From: the human T2T-CHM13v2.0 reference genome, Homo sapiens
Length of the DNA: 64,000 nucleotides
Assembly (NCBI RefSeq): GCF_009914755.1
Contig: NC_060930.1
Strand: one strand, 5' to 3'
The notes under the pieces were generated by a model, which saw nothing but the letters and a program-made list of their open reading frames with translations, had not been told where the DNA came from and searched no databases. This document shows positions 1 through 17,790 of the stretch, piece by piece (within the stretch, counting starts at the first letter, position 1; every line of letters begins with the position of its first letter). A program made the position numbers and the translations under genes.

Positions 1-163
1 TATATGCATTAACTAGTACTATGCACAAAGAGGGATTTTTAATCACTAATTTCTGATACTTTATGTGCCCTGCTTCACCCTTACATTCCCTACCCTGTGG
101 CTTCTATGTAGTTGAATTGTTTGTATGGTAATTCCCAGAATCACCTTTTCTCTGTCCCTACAG

Positions 164-199
164 GAAAGAGCAGTGGACCATGAGGAAACCCAGCTCAGG
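164..199 (+). other. Candidate 36-nt internal exon (unknown transcript)
   Basis: Acceptor ccttttctctgtccctacAG (AG 162-163) and donor AGG|GTAAGT (GT 200-201). Two frames are open (ERAVDHEETQLR, KEQWTMRKPSS); I recognise neither. Confidence 0.35.
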
Positions 200-1465
200 G
201 TAAGTTAGCTAAAGATCAGACTTCATGAAAATTACTTCGTCTCTCCCTTCCAGATCAATCATTCTGGAACTCAAGGGCTACGTAAAACTGCATGCAGTTT
301 GAAGCACAGGGTGGGGAAATACAAGGAATTTGAAGTTCCAACAAGCTTAGAACTGTGAGTCAGTGGCCCTTGGTGGCAATGGACTCAGAAGGGCAGGGGC
401 TAACTGGTGGCAGAAGGTATAGAGGCTACATCACCCACTCCTCCCCAGGAAAACTCAGAATACGTGGGTGAGATGGAAGCAAGGAAATGGCCCTGCACCT
501 TCACATAATTTGTTTTAGTCTTGGCTTTGCCTCTTCGTTAACTTATAATTTTATTTTTGTTTTTGTCAAAGATGGATTCATGTCCTTTTAATGTGCCTGG
601 CATGTATTATTTTTGGACTTATAGAAGGCACTGCCTACTTAGTTGCCTTCTGTTTCCTTGGCTCTTGGCTCTTCAATCCTATGGACTTCCCAAAACAGTG
701 ATTATAAGAATGCCAGGACACCATAGGTGCCTATGTCCCATCTGTAATGGAACTGTCTAGAAGCCTCAGCAAATAGAGCATAATGATCACATGGAACTAT
801 GATGTATCCTGTCAACTTTTCTCTGCTTCAGCTTTTTATTTTATTTTATTTTGTATTACCTGTTATCATGACTCATTATAGTAAAGTCCTAGATGAATCA
901 TGGCTCATCTTCATAAATCTTGGTATCTTCATCCAGAATAAGTTCATAACTGAGACAGTGGTCTTTTTAAGTCATTTTCTAAGGCCTTGAAATCAAACTG
1001 CTAAAAGTTCTGTGGTGTAAGAGTAATATATTTTAATTTCTCCATACATTAGCTTAACTTCTACTTTGTGCCCACTTCTTCTTTGGTGGGAAAATAAACT
1101 ATGGTCAACAAACTACTTTATCTACTTCCACTTTCTCGGCATGGCATCTAAATTCCAGGGGCTTTCATGGTGCCATGCTTGGGGGTTAGAGGCATCTGAT
1201 TCTTGGTGATCATCATTGCAGGCTGTCTTTTCAGCCGTATTTCATCTCATCTCCTCCCTAGACTACAACCATGCAGGGACCTGAGGATATATCCCTTGCT
1301 TCGGGCTATAGCAGTTCTCCAGTTCCAGCTCTCTGACAACTGCTACCATCCACCTATCAGGCATTGGGAACGCTTAGCTGCTTTCATTTAGTAGACTGGG
1401 ACCTGCGAAACACTGTGAGCTCTCAGGGCCATCAAAGGTTCTTTAACAATTTGTTGCTCTTCTAG

Positions 1466-1614
1466 GGTGAACAGGAAATCCTTCAGATAACATATGGAAC
1501 TTGCCAGTTTCTTAGAATGTTCTGTGTGGCTGGTAGACACACTTTGTGTGTGCTTTTATTTCCATACCAATCCAAGAATTCTAATCTTTGGGGAGAGTGA
1601 GCTTGGGGAGAGAG
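1466..1614 (+). other. Candidate 149-nt exon, probably non-coding
   Basis: Branch-like ctttaac at 1441, acceptor ttgttgctcttctAG, donor GAG|GTAAGG at 1615. No recognisable protein similarity. Confidence 0.25.
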
Positions 1615-2833
1615 GTAAGGTACAGGGACTTTTTTATACCTTTTTTTCCATTTCTCTTTTTCCTCCTACTCTTTCTCTCCTTCTTCTTATTCAGAAAATT
1701 TTATCTAGACTCTAGAGATTACAAAACATTATTCCGATTTTGTATTCTTGCATCCTTTCAAATCTACTTTGTTCCTGGGTAATAGGTTTTTTTTTTTTTT
1801 GTTACTGTTTTTGAAATTCAAAAGCCAGAACTTTTTTGTTGCAGCCTTCAGCATGATACCTCTCCTAAGGCAATGCTGGCAGAATGCCTGTGTTGTAATT
1901 GGTTGGGGTCAGGGTGAGGCAGAGGTTGGGAAAAATGAGAGGTGCAGAAATAGTGGAAAAACCATATTGGCTAATAAACCTAAATATTTTCTCACTACCC
2001 TTATTTGTGATCTCATCTGAACATATTTTTAGGTTTACAGGAAAAGCACAAAGAATGGTAGAGTTGATGTGCTGGGGGTCAGTGAGCGTGTGACCCAAAT
2101 TAATGAGGTTGATTTTTTAAATGTGCTTTGAATTTAGGTTTTCATTCTGTTTCCATAAACAAATTATATTTAATTTCACAGAGGCATAAACTACATGAAA
2201 TGTTGAACAGACTAGATCATCAGTACAAGAAAAAGTGCTTTGTTTTGGAAATTTTGAAGTTTAAAGGTGTATAAATGACACTTAAATACCAGCCATGACG
2301 CTTTATCATCAGCATTTGTCTTAGTTTGTGGTCTCTTAATTCATTTTGATTCGAGGCATCACAATTTATTTTTATTTTCTTTAGAAATATTTTCCTCATC
2401 TAAGTCCCTAAAGTCACGGAAGCCTATGTTTCCATCTCCTCCTCGATGAATCTCCTAGGAGTGAGCATGAGGTTGGCAATGCATTTGGTGTAACAGAAGA
2501 CCCAACTCCTGGCATGAGAGAGAAAACAAGAGTTGAGGTCTGTACTGAGTTTACCCAAAGCTAAGGATAAGAAAATGGAAGCAATTATATCAAGAAAATA
2601 AGTCTCCCATTTCATGTTCTATTTTAGGCACATTAGAATTAGAAAGGGAAATTCCAAGATTCACTATGTAATTTGATTTTTGCTCCTAAAACTTTCAGGT
2701 AGTGCAAATTATTGATATGTATTGACTGAAATAAGTATTTATCTATCTAGAGAATATATATCTATATATAATAGTGTGTGTGTATATATATATAGACACT
2801 GAATAGTATACATACTAAATAGTATACATATAT

Positions 2834-2909
2834 ATACTTAGTGTTATTTATACATATATACTTATTTAGTAATACTTAGTGTTATTTATACATATATACT
2901 TATTTAGTA
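2834..2909. repeat. Perfect 38-bp tandem duplication in a TA-rich tract
   Basis: atacttagtgttatttatacatatatacttatttagta at 2834-2871 and 2872-2909. Confidence 0.9.
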
Positions 2910-3204
2910 TTTAACATACACACTTATTATTACTTACTATCTGTTACATGCTAATATTTACACTTAGATGAAGCTTACAAATAGATTTTGACAGTACTCT
3001 TAAGCAACCCCATTCTTGGAATACTTTATTAGAGAACATGGGTGTCCAAAATATATACTTTTTTGTTCTTGGAGGTAAAAAGGAAGGAAAAGAGGAAATT
3101 AAGATATGTTGCATACTGTAACTACATGAAAGGCATTAACATTCATACTTTCAGTAAATATCTATTGACTTCAGTATGCACCACGTATTTTTGGGAGAGG
3201 TTAT

Positions 3205-3603
3205 TCTATTAGTCCATTTTCACACTACTATAAAGTACTGTCTGAGGCTGGGTAGTTTATATAGGAAAGAGGTTTAATTGACTCACAGTTTTGCATGGCT
3301 GGGAGGCCTCAGGAAACTTACAATCATGGTGGAAGGTGAAGGGGAAGTGAAGCACCTTTTTCGCAAGGTGTGGAAGGAGAAGTGTCAAGCAAAGGGGGAA
3401 GGGCCCCTTATAAAACCATCAGATCTCCTGAGAATTCACTCACTATCATGAGAACAGCATGGGGCGAAATTACCCATGACTCAATTACCCCCATGATTCA
3501 ATTACCTCAACCTGGTCTCTCCCTTGACACATGGGGATTATGAGGATTATGGGAATAACAATTCAAGATGAGATTTGGGTGAAGACATAAAGCCTAATAT
3601 TAA
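3205..3603 (-). mobile_element. ERVL-MaLR solo LTR (THE1D/MSTA-like)
   Basis: tattagtccattttcacact...aattgactcacagtt...ccttataaaaccatcagatctc...caagatgagatttgggt is the reverse complement of the THE1/MST LTR consensus. Confidence 0.85.
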
Positions 3604-3760
3604 ATGTACACTGGTGAACAAAAATATATATAGTCCTTCCTCTCACTGAATTTACAGTCTTGCAATAGAATGTTCAATCAAATTGTCTTACCAGTTAAAT
3701 TAAAATTATACTTGTGGAAAAGGTAGGGAAGGAGAAGACATGGGGCTATACGTTCTATAA

Positions 3761-3980
3761 CAAGCTTGTCCATGGCCCGTGGGTCACATGCAGCCTAGGA
3801 CGGCTTTGAATGTGGCCTAATACAAATTCATAAACTTTTTTAAAACATTATGAGATTTGGTTGTGATTTTTTTTTTTAGCTCATCGGCTATTGCTAGTGT
3901 TAGTGTATTTAATGTGTGGCCAAAGACAATTATTCTTCTTCCAATGTGACCCAGGGAAGCCAAAAGATTGGACACCCCTG
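3761..3980 (-). mobile_element. MER30 (hAT-Charlie non-autonomous DNA transposon)
   Basis: Termini caagcttgtcca...ttggacacccctg. Perfect 8-bp hAT-type TSD ttctataa at 3753-3760 and 3981-3988. Confidence 0.93.
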
Positions 3981-4679
3981 TTCTATAATCAAGAGTGGGG
4001 TTGCTTGAGAGTACTGCCAAAATCTATACATAAACTCCATCTAAGTGTAAATACTGGCATGTAACAGATAGCAAGTAATAATAGTAATAATAATAATAGA
4101 GTAATTTGGGGGTACTTTCAACAGTTGTACTGATTCTCTTAAGGCTTAACTGTTAGCTACCCTGTTCTCCCCCCAGGAATATTCTAGATCATCCCAATCT
4201 AGAACAGACCACAATCCAATAATGAATGCCTTGGAATCTGTAGGACATTGATTCAGGGGCTGGCATGCATTTTGACTGGTTGTTCCCCATGCCATACTTG
4301 CTGAACATTTTTATGTCACCCTGGCCATACAGAAAAGTTTAAAATACAATTTCCTGAAAGGCCATTATCACTGCTAAGCAGAAAAGCTAAAGTTTCTAAA
4401 GAGAGAAGCTATAATTAGGCCTTACCTTGGAAAGTTTTCGTGGTAGGAAGAGTATATTGAGGAAATAAATATGCACAAGGCCCTCTTGTGTGAAGGATCA
4501 GAGCACATAGATCTGCAGAATAATTAGGTCAGTGTGGCTAAGGCACACAGAGGAATATGAAATATGATACAATATGGCTTGAAAGCAGATGGGAGTCTTA
4601 TAAGCCCTTAAAAGTCACACACATATTTTTGTGTCTCGAGAGAAAGAAAAGACAATAAAAGGATTTGTGTAATGGGTGG

Positions 4680-5174
4680 TGTGATGGTAAATTTTATGTG
4701 TTGACTGAGCCATGGAGTGCCTAGATATTTGGTTCAATGTTATTCTGGGTGTGTCTTTAACGGTGTTTTGGATGAGACTATTATTTGAATTGGTAGACTG
4801 AGTAAATCAGATTGCCCTCTCTAATGCAGGCAAGTCCTTGTTATAAGTAAGAGGAGGCTTCTCTTCTTGATTGCTTTGAGCTAAGACATTGGTCTTTTCC
4901 TGCCTTCAGACTTGAACTGAAACATGAGATCTTCTGGATCCTGGAGCCTGCTGGCTTTTGGAATGGAGCTACACCATCAGCTCTCCTGGTCTCCAGCTTA
5001 CTGGCTGCAGATATTAGGTCTTCTCAGCCTACATAATCACATAAACTATTTTTAATAATAAACCTCTTTTTATATATCTACATCTCTCTTTCTCTCTCTC
5101 TCTCTTTTCCTTTCTCTTTCTCTCTCTCTCATCTTCTATTTGTTCTGTTTGTCCGGAGAACTCAAACTAACCCA
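4680..5174 (+). mobile_element. MLT2 (C/D-like) ERVL solo LTR
   Basis: Starts tgtgatggtaaattttatgtg and ends ...ggagaactcaaactaaccca. Perfect 5-bp TSD ggtgg at 4675-4679 and 5175-5179. Confidence 0.88.
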
Positions 5175-5301
5175 GGTGGCATAATCAAGTTGGATTTGGT
5201 AAACAGCTTTGACTAAAGTAGAGAATAAATTAATGGAAATAAGAGGGAAACAAAAGATTGTTAGGAGGTTAATGAGGTATGAATACAAATAGTTTAGTCC
5301 A

Positions 5302-6125
5302 CAGCCATAGTTCTCAATGGGAGTAGCATCCACTCAGGGACAATATTAGAAATTCGTAAGAATGTTTTGTTCTGTTTGTTTTTTTTTCAGAGGAGTGGCT
5401 ATGGCCCTTATTGTTTGCTGAGGTCCAGGCCTCTTGGGCATATTTTGCAATGTGCAAGACATTCAAACTTAAAGGGAGAATTGTCTGTGTCTCACAAAGT
5501 TTAGAATGTTTCACTCAAAAGCAGAGACTTAAATAAAAGTAAAAAAATTGCCTATAACCTAGTTACCTTTACATACAAACACAGAATTTTTATGTGATTT
5601 ATGAACACGTTGAATTTTCAAGGAATGTGCACCCACTATGTGAGTGGAGAGATGATTATATCAGGCAGGTGCAGTTTTTGCCATTACTTTTAATAACAAA
5701 AACTGCAATTACTTTTCCACCAACCTAATACTTCAGTTTGGGAAATTACTAAGTGTTTTTGCCATTTTGGAAAATCATACCACTGAAGGTGATGCCATCT
5801 GAGTCTAATACAGTCGACCTGTGTGCCTTTGTAGCTGTCAAATTCACACAGATTATTTATGTAGGTAGAACCCTCTTGTTGTTAAGTCTTCCGGTCTAGC
5901 CAAGCCTGATATTTTCACACTGCAATACATACTAATTTAATGTAAGTTATTTTCTTTATGTGCATATTTCATATTACAGCTAAATATTTTGGTTTCGTTT
6001 TGAAATTGTATATGTAAGTTTGCTTATATCATTTATGCATTTCCTTTTTAATATATTAAAGGATGCATTACAAAACATCTGCTATAAAAAAAAGGTGCTG
6101 GTCTGAAACAGTTCGGATTCACTAG
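5302..6125 (+). mobile_element. Old hAT-Charlie DNA transposon relic (Charlie7-like)
   Basis: Degenerate termini (catagttctcaa... and ...ggtctgaaacagttcggattcactag) resemble cagtggttctcaa/ttgagaaccactg. Family and orientation from recall. Confidence 0.5.
5661..5728. mobile_element. MADE1 (Hsmar1-derived MITE), left arm partly deleted
   Basis: gcagtttttgccattacttttaataacaaaaactgcaattacttttccaccaacctaa, flanked by TA on both sides. Confidence 0.88.
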
Positions 6126-6159
6126 CATTGATTCAACTTTCCATCAGTAGAAATAGAAA

Positions 6160-6545
6160 AAAAAAATGGATAGAGTTCAAAGATATTTAAGAGTTGAAAT
6201 TAAGAAGAGGTGCTGAGCGTTAGACATGAGGGTGGGATGGGTCGAGGGACAAGGAAGAGTCAGAGGACTCACGGATTATGGCTTGCGTAAATTAGTAGAT
6301 GAAAGAGTCACTTACTGAGTTAAGGAATCCTAGAAGAGGACCCAAATTGGGAAGACAACATGAATTCAGTTTTGGTGCATATGCCTATGAAGTCAGATAG
6401 GATATATGGGACTAAGATTAGGGAAGAAGTTCGGGCTAGCGATATAAATTTGAGTCATCACATTTGGCAGAAGTTAACGTGAGAGTAAATATGAAATTCC
6501 ACATCTCATCTATGTCTGAGCCTTGGAGACTCCCAGCACTTAATG
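6160..6545 (-). mobile_element. L2 LINE fragment
   Basis: Purine-rich antisense L2 motifs (tgaattcagttttgg, gggctagcgatataaatttgagtcatca). Confidence 0.65.
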
Positions 6546-6810
6546 ACACCTTACATTAAATTCTCCCCACAATGCGTTAGAGAGGCATTACTCACTAGTC
6601 CTATTTTATGGTGGAAAAAATTAATACTGATAAAGATTACTCTGGCTAAAGTCGCCAAGGGACAAGGTAACAGATTTGGAAATTGTGGATTGATAAAACA
6701 AAGTCCAAGATCATTTTTCATGCTTTTTGAGTCTATCAATGAACAAATAAACTCTCTCTCTTAGGAAATGTACACTGTGAGAGGCATGTATGATAAACAG
6801 TAAACATTAT

Positions 6811-7695
6811 TGTTGGGAGACAATTCTTCATGGGTCTTTCATGTGCACACCTTGCTAGCAAGGCACTGACTGCCCTTTTTCTGGCCAATTGTATAAGAAT
6901 AATTGTACAGTGAACAGCCTTGGAAGATAGATAGTATCTCCCTCCAGAGGGGGAATATTTATTGCCCGCTGCAAAAGAATCAGGTTTCCTAAACTCAGAG
7001 TTTGTCTCCTGTAATAGGGCAATACTGTGGGAGTACAGGCATCCCTCTGGGCCCACCCACCTTGCCCCCATGCTACTTGAGACAAGGGAAACTGATGCAA
7101 ACATGGTGATGTCCATTCAGCTTGCTGTGTCATACATAATAAGATCTTTTGTCTCTGACCTAGTGTGATGATTAGTCCTGAGTGTCAACTTGATTGGATT
7201 GAGGGATACAAAGTATTAATCAATCGTGGGTGTGTCTGTGAGGGTGTTGCCAAAAGAGATTAACATTTAAGTCAGTGGGCTGGGGAAGGCAGATCCACCC
7301 TTAATCTGGTAGACACAATCTAATCAGCTTCCAGTGAATATAAAGCAGGCAGAAAAACATGAAAAAGAGAGACAGGCCTAGCCTCCCAGCCTATACCTTT
7401 CTCCCTGCTGGATGCTTCCTGCCCTGGAACATCGGATTCCAAGTTCCTCAGTTTTGGGACTTGAACTGGCTCTCCTTGATCTTCAGCTTGCAGACAGCCT
7501 GCTGTGGGACCTTGTGATGGTGTAACTGAATACTTAATAAACTCCCCTTTAAATATATATATCCTATTAGTTCTGTCCCTCTAAGAGAACATTGACTAAT
7601 ACACCTAGTTTTATATTTTCTGCCAGCATCCATGAAATTGTGTTAGTTTCATTTGTTGGCTTGCAAGTGGAGTAAAAGCTTGAAAATTCTTGACA
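6811..7695 (+). mobile_element. LTR40-family ERVL solo LTR, interrupted by MLT2A
   Basis: Starts tgttgggagacaattcttcatgggtct, contains aacagccttggaagatagatagt, resumes at 7604 and ends ttcttgaca. Confidence 0.75.
7164..7603 (+). mobile_element. MLT2A1-like HERV-L solo LTR
   Basis: tgtgatg...gagtgtcaacttgattggattgaggga...gactaataca. Perfect 5-bp TSD cctag at 7159-7163 and 7604-7608. Confidence 0.92.
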
Positions 7696-7699
7696 ATAA

Positions 7700-8210
7700 A
7701 ATAATATGCCAAATACTTACATAGTATGTTAGAAAATGATAAGAGCTAAAGGAAAAAAAAAAAAAGAGAATAGTGTAAGGGGAAACAGGCATCTCAAGGT
7801 GGGGTTGGGTGTTCTAATTTTAAGTAGCTTAACTAGATATTTTCCATTAAGAGGTGAACGAAGACTTGAAGGACTTGGAGGGGTTGCCGTGCAAACACAG
7901 AGGGGAGGAACATCCCGAGCAGAGAAGTCAATGCAAGTATCCTAAAACCATAGAAAGTTCATAAAGGGAAGAAGAATGGGAGGTGAATCCAGAAAAACAG
8001 TGGAGAGGCCACCTCAAAAAGCCTCATGTAGGGCATTTGAGAACTTTGCTTTAATTCTGGGTGAAATGTAGAGTCACGGTCCAGTAGCAGGGTTAGATGA
8101 TCTGACTAATGTGTTAAAAGAATCACATTTGCTACTCTGCTGAGATTACATAATAGGGAAGAAATAGTAGAAGCAGAGAGCCTATTTAGGAGATATTTTT
8201 ACTGCGTTGG
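7700..8210 (-). mobile_element. L2 fragment (probably continues 6735-6810 across the LTR40)
   Basis: Antisense L2 motifs (gaactttgctttaattctgggtgaaatg, agaatcacatttgctactctgctgaga). Confidence 0.6.
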
Positions 8211-8556
8211 CCAAAGGTTTTATTATATTGTTCACCTACAGATGTTTAGATCAGGATAAGGTATTTCTGGTCTTTAAGAAATTATTATTATTATTATTAT
8301 CATCATTATTATTATTACTAGAGTATTGGTTCCCTACTGCTCAACACAGATTGTGTTTAAAATCCCCTTTTCTTAAACTATGCAAAATTCAATGTCATGA
8401 GTGTCCAAAAGCAATGACCATTTCTCTGAATTCTTAGATTATGTCATGATATTCAAGAGACAGTAAGATCAGAGGTGACATAGACCAACAGCTTTGATGA
8501 GGGTGATGATAGATGCTAAAGAAACCAACCAAACAAAAACAGTATTTATCAACCAA

Positions 8557-8600
8557 GTTAGTATTAACTGTATGAGGTTAGTATTAACTGTATGAGGTTA
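8557..8600. repeat. 20-bp tandem duplication (2.2 copies)
   Basis: gttagtattaactgtatgag twice, then gtta. Confidence 0.9.
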
Positions 8601-10674
8601 TATCATGCCTTTATGAAAATACTCATTACTTTGGGATGTTAATAGACAACATTAACTCAGCAGGTGCAATAGATGATTGTGAACAAGGGAATTATTTTAA
8701 TACAATCTATTCTTCCATTTTTTGCTTATTTAGAGACAACAGGATTTGAACTCCATTTGTGTGTATTGGCACCTGCAACATTATCTTTTCTAAACACCAC
8801 AAAAGAGATTTCCTACACTACTCCAACCAGGAAACTTCATTATGATGTCTCTGAGGAGCTTGAGAAGAAATGATGTTTGTCACTGCATCAGCACTCTAAC
8901 AACCTCTAAATAGGTGGTTCACTGACTAATTTGAACCACAATTTCATCGGAGTCTTACAGCAGAGTTTGGATAAAATGGTAATTGATCTTAAATCTGTGC
9001 ATGTTCTAAACGCAAGTCTGACTTTACCACAGAGGCAGAGCAGGTGGCCACCCTCCAAACACAAAACATTACTGGGAACGAAATGCAAAATGACTGGTGT
9101 GTGAGTCAAAGACTGGGATTTGGAAAGAGTAGGCAATTTACAGTTTGCCTAGGGTAAGCAAAAATTCCACAGTCAACTGCTGACTACATGGATTAGCAAA
9201 TTCAAACATTTTCAGGTTAGGAAGAGAGAAGAATTTGCAAATGAACTGACAATGGATTTAACAGGTTTTAGCCTGAGGTCGCTTAAAATTTTGAACACCA
9301 CTTGCTTAGGAAACGGGGGCAGTCTGGAAGCAAGCACTAGTACTGGATCAGCTTTGCTAAAACTTACAGCCCCTTGGGTTCACTGACTGTCCAAATGATT
9401 TTTGACTATTTCCGCGTATTTCTAATTGGGTCACAAAAATCAGCACACTTTCTCTAAGAAAACACTGTATACACACAACAGGTTCACACAAATCAAATAT
9501 TCTGTTTTCTGTCTTCGGTTGTTTAAAATATTGAAATATGCCATACTCATGACACAATGGAAATATTCAAGCTGCAAGGTGAAACACATTCAAATATGGC
9601 TTAAAATGTCTATTCACTGAAAATGTATATTTCACCCAGAAATATATCCATTCAAATATTAATAAAACAAACTGGATGTTCAGCATTATGTCTGAGAGGC
9701 TTTTTTTGGCAGCCATAAACTATACACTGATCACTTTTGCACTAATATTATGAATGAACATTCTGCTCAAGTGATTCGATGAGGAAAGACTCCAGTGCAG
9801 TTTTGTCTTGACTAAACTTGGGTCACTCTCCAGAAGAACATGATATGTACTTTTCACCTCTAAAGCCAGGGAACCACATGCTGGCCCACACATGGCCAGA
9901 GCTGCAAGATCTGGTAAAAATAGTCCTCCATACACAATCTCATACAGATTTCCATTTTGATGTATACCCCATTTTACAATGAAAAGAGTTACAATTAAAA
10001 GCTTCCCTACTGTTTCTCTGGCCTCACCTCCTTTTAACTTCAAGCAGAGTAATTATTTTTGGCCAAGCAAGAACAGGATGCTTTAGGTTTGAGTAGGGAA
10101 TGGAAGGGACTGCAAAATTTACAGAGATCAGCCTTGCAAGGTAAGGGGATACCATCAGGGACTCTTCTCCAGAAGGAAAGTCCTCTGAATCTTTCTCTCA
10201 TCTACCATGTCATAGGAGGAAGTGGAAGGTGGAAGGAAGGGTTTTGGATAGGATGTAGACTCTTCCATTGTAGCAGTGATTGCTGAGAAGTCAAAAATCT
10301 CATATCTGAGAGTCTTATTTTCTCAGTAAATTTGGAGGCAAAGCAGTTTGCCAGCAGTGAAGTAGGCAATGGGAAAGTCTTAGGTTTAAAACAAGAATTG
10401 GGAATCTAGCATAGTGAAAACAGAGAATGAGACAGCAACTGTAAAAGGGGAATACAGTAAGATTTCAGGGAAGAATTAATGAACTAGGTAGGTTTCTTTT
10501 GTGTTTTGCAAACAAATTAGATGCACCATTGCAAAAGAAGAGACCTTCAAAAACATTTTGAGCACAATTTCCATATCTGAAAGAAATACATAGTGTTTTA
10601 AGGTAATTATCTGGAGGGACAGCCCTCGTTTATATGTATGAGTATTGACACCTTTAACTTAGAAAATTATTTTA

Positions 10675-10912
10675 CTATATCATATAAAAATGTATATTGG
10701 TGGTTACACAAATCTACATGTGATAAAATGGCATAGAACAGTAGAATGATCACGCGCATTAACCCAACATCAAATTCCTGGTTTCTGAATTATACTATAA
10801 TTCTGTAGGATGTAATGGCTGGATGAAATTGGATGAAGGGATGCACGTGCTACCTTGCAACTTCTTGTGGAACTCATATTTATTACAAAATAAAGAGTAA
10901 AAGCAAACAAAA
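10675..10912 (+). mobile_element. Old L1 (L1MC/MD-like) 3' end fragment
   Basis: ggtggttacacaaatctacatgtgataaaatggcatagaac...ttgcaacttcttgtg...aaaataaa. Confidence 0.6.
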
Positions 10913-12204
10913 ACATAAGCTTCTTCACAAACATGAACATATGTTTTGGTGTATTCTGCAAGAGAACACAAGCGATGACGGGAAACTAAATTAACATCTC
11001 CATTTCCAAGCTTTCCATCAGCCATTATAAAAACAAATACTGAAATTATATTAAAAATGAGAACACTAAGTTACATGTTAAAAATATAGTACCAGGCTTT
11101 TGGTGGATGTCCGTACACAGTTGTTGCCAAAGGAAGCACATTGCCTCGCTTTTATTAAAAGAGGTTTACTTTATACATCACAAATCATGTAACAAGGGTC
11201 TGTATCCACCTTTAATTGATTAGAAAGGAATTTGAGAATGTTATTTCAAGTACATAGGGCACAAAAGAACATATACGTTGTTGCCTGAATACCAAAACCA
11301 ACTATCGATTACTAACTACAGTTTGTTTTTGAACACAAGAAAAGCCCAGCAAGGTATAACTGAACAGCAAAGAAATCTCAAGTCATCTTGCTATAGCCAG
11401 TTCCCTCCAACTCTAAACAAGTGAAGAAAGCTGAAAAAATGATGTCACCAAGACTTCAGCATCATCAACTTTACACAACTTTACACGACAAGCCTGGAAT
11501 AACACTACTGAGGAAGTTATATATGAATACTTTAAAATTTAAGTCTCCTAGAATATGGCAGAAAATATTTTTTTGTTTATGTTGGATGGTTAACTAAATT
11601 TAGCTTTCATTGTTAGTATTGCTTCAGACATGATCAGTAAAAATACTGTTCTATGTTTAAACATTATACATATTTTAAAGTATGTGATGTTTTTTCTAAG
11701 TACTAAAATGTTCTCTAGAGCACTAGATGCAAAATGGTTAAGTTGTCTCAAAGAACCCATGGTTGGAGGAAATGTTTTAATCATCTAAAAATATAATTCA
11801 TTTAAATTCATTTTTCTAATTATTTTTAAAACCTTCAAAAATTGAAAATTATAATGGTTTCTTAAGTACTTTCTCACCCGTCAGTTTGATGCACATTTCC
11901 TGGGTCAGACATTTAGTGCCTCCAGATGTGCTGAGCTGGCAAGGTTGTCAGGTGTCATTTTATTCTTGGTTTTCTGATTTTGAGAGAGAGGAAGATACCA
12001 TGAGGAACAGCTGGAATGTCAACAGATGTAACTGCTGATAAATTACCCAACAGTGTGCATATTTCTATGAAGCGGCATGAAAACTGGAAGGATTCCAAAA
12101 TGTGAAGTTAAAAAGAAAAACCAAACAAAGACTAAACTTGTTGATCACAGAATGAAATAGTAAAGTAGTTTTATGGTTTTTAACAGTATTTATGCACAAT
12201 AAAT

Positions 12205-12920
12205 CCACCATCTAGAACCTCTTTCCTGAACTTTAGACTCATAAATGCAATACCTACTCACCCTAGCCACTTGGATTTCTTTCTAATAGACGTATCCAAC
12301 TAAACCTTTCTCAAACAGGTCTCCTGATATTCCCCCTCAAACTTGCTCTACCTGTCTCAGTTGATGGCAAATCAGTCATTCAGGGTAAAATCTTGGATCA
12401 TTCTTGCTTCTTTTCTTTCTCTCACATTCAACATTCAGTTCTACTAGGCTATTTTGCTGGTTCTACCTTCAGATATCTTTAAAATCCTACCATTTCTCAG
12501 CATCGCCATCATTCCCACTTTAGTCCCAGCCATGATTTTTTCTTGCTGGATCACTGCAGTAGCCTCTAACTGTCTCCCTGTCCCATCCTGCGCATTCCCA
12601 TAATTTTTTCTCAATACCTCAGCCAGATTGATACTTCCACTTCTTCTCAAATGTTTTAATAGTTACTGTTTTCACTCCTAAGCCAAAGTTCTCCCTATGT
12701 CCTACAAAGTTTGACCTCTCTGTTACCTTGCTTTCCCTCAGTGAGTTCTCTCCACCCCAGTCAGACTGGACTCCTCCTTAGATCCCAGGTCTTTGCAGTG
12801 GCTGTTCTCTTTGCCTGCAAAGCTCTCCCCCATGATACCCACATGAAAACTCCTTCATCTACTTCAAGTATAGCCTCAATTTTTGTTCAGCTAAGTCTTT
12901 CCAGATCACCCTATTAAAAG
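12205..12920 (+). mobile_element. L2 LINE fragment
   Basis: Sense L2 motifs (tttcctgaactttagactcata, tctcagttgatggcaa, ggtctttgcagtggctgttctctttgcctg). Confidence 0.75.
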
Positions 12921-12929
12921 CCTAAGAAA

Positions 12930-16550
<3,621 letters not shown>

Positions 16551-16699
16551 AATAGTTTATTAATTAAAGATCTAATAGGATCCATCAACACTTAATCATT
16601 TACTGAGATAGTAAGGCAATGATACTCTCCCTCAAACTAATAAATGGACATTTAAAATTTTACAGCTAATGGTAGAACAGCTAAATTGCAGTAAAATGC

Positions 16700-17790
<1,091 letters not shown>

